From: Eubacteriales bacterium
Lineage (GTDB): Bacteria; Bacillota; Clostridia; Oscillospirales; CAG-272
Reading direction: 5' to 3'
Length of the DNA stretch: 61,260 nt
Assembly (NCBI GenBank): GCA_045649045.1
Contig: JAZRPF010000010.1
Span: 1 to 61,260, forward strand
The notes beneath the pieces are model-generated. The model did not search any database. It had not been told where the DNA came from and worked only from the letters and a program-made list of their open reading frames with translations. Below are positions 56,839 through 61,260 of the stretch, in pieces (position 1 is the stretch's first letter; every line of letters begins with the position of its first letter). The translations under genes and the position numbers were made by a program.

Positions 56839-58722
56839 ATGCAGAACAGTCAAGAATATCTACCGCTTATTTCGTCGCCTGCGGACTTGCGCCGTTTGCC
56901 GCGCTCGGCTATGCCTGTGCTGGCATCGGAGATACGGCGGTTTCTCGTTGAGCGTATCAAGGAGCACGGCGGTCATCTTGCGTCCAATTTAGGTGTCGTT
57001 GAGCTGACGGTTGCCTTACACCGTGTCTTTCATTCGCCTGATGACCGCATTGTTTTTGATGTGGGGCATCAGTCCTATGTGCATAAAATGCTGACAGGCA
57101 GACTTGCCGACTTTGATACTTTAAGACAGCCGGGCGGACTATCGGGCTTTCCCTGCCGCGATGAGAGTCAGCATGATGCTTTTGGTACAGGGCATAGCTC
57201 AACCGCGCTATCTGCGGCCATTGGTTTTGCAGAGGCTGACAAGCTCGCAGGGCGTAAGTCCTACACCATTGCCGTTCTTGGTGACGGCGCCTATACGGGC
57301 GGTATGGTGCATGAAGCACTCAATAACTGTGCGTCTGACCTGCACTTGATCGTCATTCTTAATGAGAATGAAATGTCGATCTCCAAGAACATCGGAAGCT
57401 TTGCCCGTTATATTGCAAAAATCCGTTCATCAACAGACTATGCGCGCAGAAAGCAAAAGACTGCCAATCTTCTGCGTAATCTTCCGCTTGTCGGTGAGCC
57501 TTGTTTTCGTTTTTTACGCAATACCAAGCAGACCTTGAAAGACCTGCTCTATGCCAGCAATTATTTTGAAAAGCTCGGCCTTTTCTATTTAGGCCCTGCT
57601 GACGGTAATGATTATGATACCGTAGAAAAGCTGCTCCGTATTGCCAAGGGCAAGGGAGAAAGCGCAATTGTTCATCTGCGTACTGTGAAGGGCAAGGGCT
57701 ATGCGCCTGCCGAAAACCTGCCCCACCAATATCATAGCGTAGCCAAAACCACGCCACCGCTTAATTATTCCGAGGTGTTCGGCCGCGAGCTTGCGCGCTT
57801 GGCAGAAAAAGATGATAAAATCGTTGCCATCACTGCCTCTATGGCAGACGCGACAGGCCTTTCCGCCTTCCGCACGACATATCCCGAACGCTTCTTTGAT
57901 GTGGGAATTGCCGAAGCACACGCTGTCACCTTTGCGGCAGGTCTTGCAGGCGGCGGTGTCAAACCCTTTTTTGCCGTCTATTCGACATTCCTGCAAAGAG
58001 CCTATGACAATGTTTTGCATGACGCCGCTTTGCAAAAGCTGCCCATTCGGCTTTGTATTGACAGAGCCTCTCTTGCGGTAGGGGACGGCCCGACACATCA
58101 TGGCGTATTCGATGTGGCGTTTCTTTCGCAAATACCGCATATGACTCTTTATGCACCTGCATCCTTTGCATCTTTACGGCGTATTCTGCGCCAAATGGCA
58201 TCAGATGATGTGGATGCCCCCATTGCCGTCAGATATCCCAATGCCACAGAGGATGAAAGCATCTTAACTGCCTTTTTTGTCGGCAGGGAAGAGGATGATT
58301 CGCTTGTCCGCGCTGACTTTTCGTCTCGCTATGCACCGCGTGCCGTTATTGTCAGCTACGGTAAGGTCGCAGGTGAGGCGCTGCGCGCCGAGCAAATTCT
58401 GCGCAAAAAGAAGATTAAGGCAGGTTCTATTTTGCTTGAAAGACTCAAGCCCTATCACCTGACCGCTGCCGATATTTTGAAATTGTTGCCGCATTCAGTC
58501 AAGGTGCTTGTGTTCATTGAAGAAGGAATTGAAGCTGGCGGTGCGGCCATGCTATTGAAAGCAGAGCTTGAAAGGGAGCTGCATAAGAGAAAAATCCACA
58601 CAAAAATTCATGCCATTCACGATTGCTTTGTGAAGCCCTCAAAACCAATGCCTCTTTATGAGGCGTGTGCGCTTCGCGGTGAGGATGTGGCAGAGTCTGT
58701 ATGCGAGCTTTTGAAGCTTTAA
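56839..58722 (+). CDS. dxs: 1-deoxy-D-xylulose-5-phosphate synthase
   Basis: 627 aa from ATG 56839; GGHLASNLGVVELTVALH, GDGAYTGGM TPP motif; the ORF-track N-terminal extension overlaps the cysK promoter region. Confidence 0.9.
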   Translation: MQNSQEYLPLISSPADLRRLPRSAMPVLASEIRRFLVERIKEHGGHLASNLGVVELTVALHRVFHSPDDRIVFDVGHQSYVHKMLTGRLADFDTLRQPGGLSGFPCRDESQHDAFGTGHSSTALSAAIGFAEADKLAGRKSYTIAVLGDGAYTGGMVHEALNNCASDLHLIVILNENEMSISKNIGSFARYIAKIRSSTDYARRKQKTANLLRNLPLVGEPCFRFLRNTKQTLKDLLYASNYFEKLGLFYLGPADGNDYDTVEKLLRIAKGKGESAIVHLRTVKGKGYAPAENLPHQYHSVAKTTPPLNYSEVFGRELARLAEKDDKIVAITASMADATGLSAFRTTYPERFFDVGIAEAHAVTFAAGLAGGGVKPFFAVYSTFLQRAYDNVLHDAALQKLPIRLCIDRASLAVGDGPTHHGVFDVAFLSQIPHMTLYAPASFASLRRILRQMASDDVDAPIAVRYPNATEDESILTAFFVGREEDDSLVRADFSSRYAPRAVIVSYGKVAGEALRAEQILRKKKIKAGSILLERLKPYHLTAADILKLLPHSVKVLVFIEEGIEAGGAAMLLKAELERELHKRKIHTKIHAIHDCFVKPSKPMPLYEACALRGEDVAESVCELLKL

Positions 58723-58764
58723 TAACGGCAACAGTGCCGATTTCTTTCATGGAGGCAAGCATTG

Positions 58765-60867
58765 ATGATTGAAGGCGCAAGACGCAAATTGTATTGGAAG
58801 CGGGCAGCGCTTGCTTTGCTTATTGTTTTGGCAACACTTCTGTTTGAATTTTGCTTTTCAAACTACCGTACATTATTTCTTGACCGCGATGACTATGTGA
58901 CCGACTTCCAAGGACTATCGGATGCGCCGCTTCCCTTGAAGGCAGGGACAAGCCATACCTATACGGTAAAAGGCGCACCAAGCGATGTGTATGCCATCAG
59001 AATTTTCTCGGTGACAAAGGATGGCGCACCCCTGACAAAGCCAATTCAGGTGGTTGTCAAGGGCGCGGATTCCAAACGCGCGGATACCGTAGTGAAGATC
59101 GCGACGACTGCTATTGGGGCGGGGGACAATCAGAATCCTGCCGAAAAAACCATCCTGCTTGATTTGAATACGGGTGAGCCGAGTGAGCTTACGCTTGAAT
59201 TTTCAAATGTTGAGAGGGATACGCTCATTACAGCCGTTGTTTTGAATCCGTCAAATAACCTGATGCGCTTCAATCTTCTGCGCTTCCTTCTGGTGCTTGC
59301 AGTGGGAATTTTCATCTGGCTGTCGGTGACATTCAAGTGGAACAGTCATGCCTTTGATATCAGCAAGCGCTCACACTGCTTGCTGGTTTTTGGCACGCTT
59401 GTGCTTTGTATTGTCATCACGGTGCTTTATTGCTCGTCCTTTATCGGCGGCTTCAAGGATATTTCCTATCCGCTTCAAAATGGAGTCAACACCTATAACC
59501 CCTATATTCAGCAAACAGATGCCTTCCTGAAGGGACAGCTTCATATCGACTATCCTGTATCGGAAAAGCTGTTGCAGCTTGAAAATCCTTATGATTATAG
59601 CGCAAGAAAAGGCATTTCATATCTTTGGGACAGAGCTATGTATGACGGTGCCTATTATTCTTATTTCGGCATAGCACCCATTCTCAATGTTTATTTGCCA
59701 CACTATCTTCTGACAGGTTCGCTCCCCGCGGATGCGACTGTCAGCAGCTTTTATGCCATCAGCGCAACCGCATTCATTTCACTGTTTTTGATTGCTTATG
59801 TTGTAATCTATAAGAAAAAGGTACCGCTCACATACTTGTGCCTGGGCCTTGTCACCCTTCTTCTGACATCGAATATTTTGCTGATGGCGCGAGGCAGACA
59901 ACCCTTCTATTATATCGCGATGATTGCAGGTATGGCATATCTTGCCGCGTTTATGTTCTTTTCCTTGCTTGCCATTAATGAAAAGGGAAAGATTCTTCGC
60001 CCGACCTTTTTTGCACTTGCGGGACTTTCCTATGCAATGCTTTTCCTTTCAAGACTGAACATGGCGTTGCTCGCGGCGTTTGTCGTACTGCCCATTCTGT
60101 ATTTCGGTGTTCTTCGCAATAAGCCCCAGCTTGACATTAATGAAGAAGGCGCGTCTTTGAAGGTCACGCGGACACTTGGAGGAAAGCTGATAGACCTTGC
60201 CGCGCTCGGCTTCTTTGTCCTGCTCGCGGTAGGCTTTACTCTTTGGTACAATCAGGCACGCTTTGACAGCCCCTTTGAGTTTGGTACGAATTATCAGCTG
60301 ACGGTCAGCGATATTTCCAAAAACAAGCTCCGCCTGAGCGGTATTCCCGGTACAATCTATCACTATTTCATGCAGCCACTTGGCGTGTCGGGGAATTTCC
60401 CGAATTTCAGCTTGCTTCATTCCTCGCTTAACAATTATGGCACCTATGTTTATGTTGATACAGGCATGGGCCTGTTTGCGATTCCTCTGATGCTTTCGCT
60501 CTTTCTTGCGTTCCCCACCCTTCGCAGTAAAAAGAAAACGCCCTTTGCGAAGAGCCTGCTCTTATGCTTGCTTTGCGGCTTCTTCTTCGTGGCGTTTATG
60601 AATTTCTGTCTTGGCGGTGTCATTTTCAGATATACTGCCGACCTCACGATGCTCGCTTCGGTCCTGTCGGTGATTTTGCTCTTTTCCTTCCATGAGCAGA
60701 CGGCAGAGCATAGCACAGGCGCGGCGGTGGCTTGCAGAACAATCGGTAAGCTACTGATGCTACTTTCGTGTTATATGTGTATTCACCTTCTCTTATCGGT
60801 GAGTGTCAACCTGATGGGCTACGATGCGAATCTGTTTGTTTCCATCGCCGAGCTTTTCGGTTATTAA
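58765..60867 (+). CDS. large polytopic membrane protein (GT-C-like glycosyltransferase candidate)
   Basis: about 700 aa; one TM, ~150-aa extracytoplasmic domain, then more than 10 TM segments; family uncertain. Confidence 0.45.
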   Translation: MIEGARRKLYWKRAALALLIVLATLLFEFCFSNYRTLFLDRDDYVTDFQGLSDAPLPLKAGTSHTYTVKGAPSDVYAIRIFSVTKDGAPLTKPIQVVVKGADSKRADTVVKIATTAIGAGDNQNPAEKTILLDLNTGEPSELTLEFSNVERDTLITAVVLNPSNNLMRFNLLRFLLVLAVGIFIWLSVTFKWNSHAFDISKRSHCLLVFGTLVLCIVITVLYCSSFIGGFKDISYPLQNGVNTYNPYIQQTDAFLKGQLHIDYPVSEKLLQLENPYDYSARKGISYLWDRAMYDGAYYSYFGIAPILNVYLPHYLLTGSLPADATVSSFYAISATAFISLFLIAYVVIYKKKVPLTYLCLGLVTLLLTSNILLMARGRQPFYYIAMIAGMAYLAAFMFFSLLAINEKGKILRPTFFALAGLSYAMLFLSRLNMALLAAFVVLPILYFGVLRNKPQLDINEEGASLKVTRTLGGKLIDLAALGFFVLLAVGFTLWYNQARFDSPFEFGTNYQLTVSDISKNKLRLSGIPGTIYHYFMQPLGVSGNFPNFSLLHSSLNNYGTYVYVDTGMGLFAIPLMLSLFLAFPTLRSKKKTPFAKSLLLCLLCGFFFVAFMNFCLGGVIFRYTADLTMLASVLSVILLFSFHEQTAEHSTGAAVACRTIGKLLMLLSCYMCIHLLLSVSVNLMGYDANLFVSIAELFGY

Positions 60868-60932
60868 GCGAAAAATGGGAATCGCCGTATTGTGAAGGAT
60901 AAGACTGTTTCGATAAAAAAGCACTCCGAATT

Positions 60933-61260
60933 GATATGCACCCCAAAAGTTAGACACTTTTGGAGGTGCATATTTTTTATGGCAAAAAAGGAACAGAAGC
61001 AAAAAAATCATAGCGCAGAATTCAAAATTTGTGTTATAATGGATATGCGAGAACACCGACTAAGTTATCACGAAACAGTTCGGAGATATTGGAATACCAA
61101 AACGCATTCCGAAGAATGTAATTATATAAACGCTGTAAAGAGGTGGGAACGCATATTTTTAGAAGAAGGAGCCGAAGGTCTGATGAAAGAACGCAGAGGC
61201 AAAGCTTGCAAAGCAAGCGGATCTAACAAAGGTCGTCCACCTAAACTTGACCGCAAGATC
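60933..61260 (+). mobile_element. IS3-family (IS150-like) insertion sequence, left end; truncated by the window edge
   Basis: TG-initiated terminal sequence TGATATGCACCCCAAAAGT.. resembling IS150-group IRL, followed by orfA. Confidence 0.6.
60979..61260 (+). CDS. IS3-family transposase OrfA (HTH), partial
   Basis: own translation MAKKEQKQKNHSAEFKICVIMDMREHRLSYHETVRRYW...RWERIFLEEGAEGLMKERRGK...GRPPKL; open to the window end. Confidence 0.7.
   Translation, partial: MAKKEQKQKNHSAEFKICVIMDMREHRLSYHETVRRYWNTKTHSEECNYINAVKRWERIFLEEGAEGLMKERRGKACKASGSNKGRPPKLDRKI

Overview
61.3-kb chromosomal window from a spore-forming Firmicute, probably Clostridia-like: it carries sigG, spoIVB and a Gram-positive style S10-spc-alpha cluster with adk-map-KOW-infA-rpmJ. 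Order of content: (1) 1-8.1 kb housekeeping and accessory genes (SSF symporter, mntP, sigG, GH95 fucosidase, PadR-DUF1700-DUF4097 operon). (2) 8.2-11.7 kb, an AT-rich ~3.4-kb islet (AraC regulator, YgjV-like membrane protein, glycosidase-like protein, a decayed ORF). It is bounded by an exact 28-bp direct repeat inside spoIVB, which has replaced the last ~35 codons of spoIVB and left the native 3' end plus terminator as a remnant. (3) 12.8-22.3 kb core genes (hypoxanthine/uracil-type DNA glycosylase, lnt-like, pseudouridine synthase, nnr, polA). (4) 22.6-38.9 kb, the complete ribosomal super-operon rpsJ to rplQ, 32 genes including secY, adk, map, infA, rpmJ and rpoA. (5) 38.9-50.3 kb, an ~11.4-kb island starting 8 nt after the rplQ terminator. 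It holds a large serine recombinase, a LexA/CI-like S24 repressor with divergent consensus promoters, and a plus-strand cargo operon (acidic protein, TAG/HhH-like protein, zinc-ribbon-LRR protein, RDFGG-repeat miniprotein). It also holds a translationally coupled minus-strand operon (P-loop-less ATPase-like, CPCC zinc protein, papain-like, CX5R phosphatase-like and degenerate PolC-PHP-like proteins) that ends in an orphan MazF/EndoA toxin. This operon is my best candidate for an undescribed toxin/defence-type system. (6) 50.4-60.9 kb core genes (DapF-fold protein, rhaB-like kinase, amidohydrolase, glpP, a disrupted HAD-IIA gene, cysK, dxs, a large GT-C-like membrane protein). (7) The left end of an IS3-family element at the window edge. 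I saw no rRNA, tRNA or CRISPR array. All family assignments come from motif recognition by eye and memory. No database search was run, and boundaries of non-coding features are approximate.
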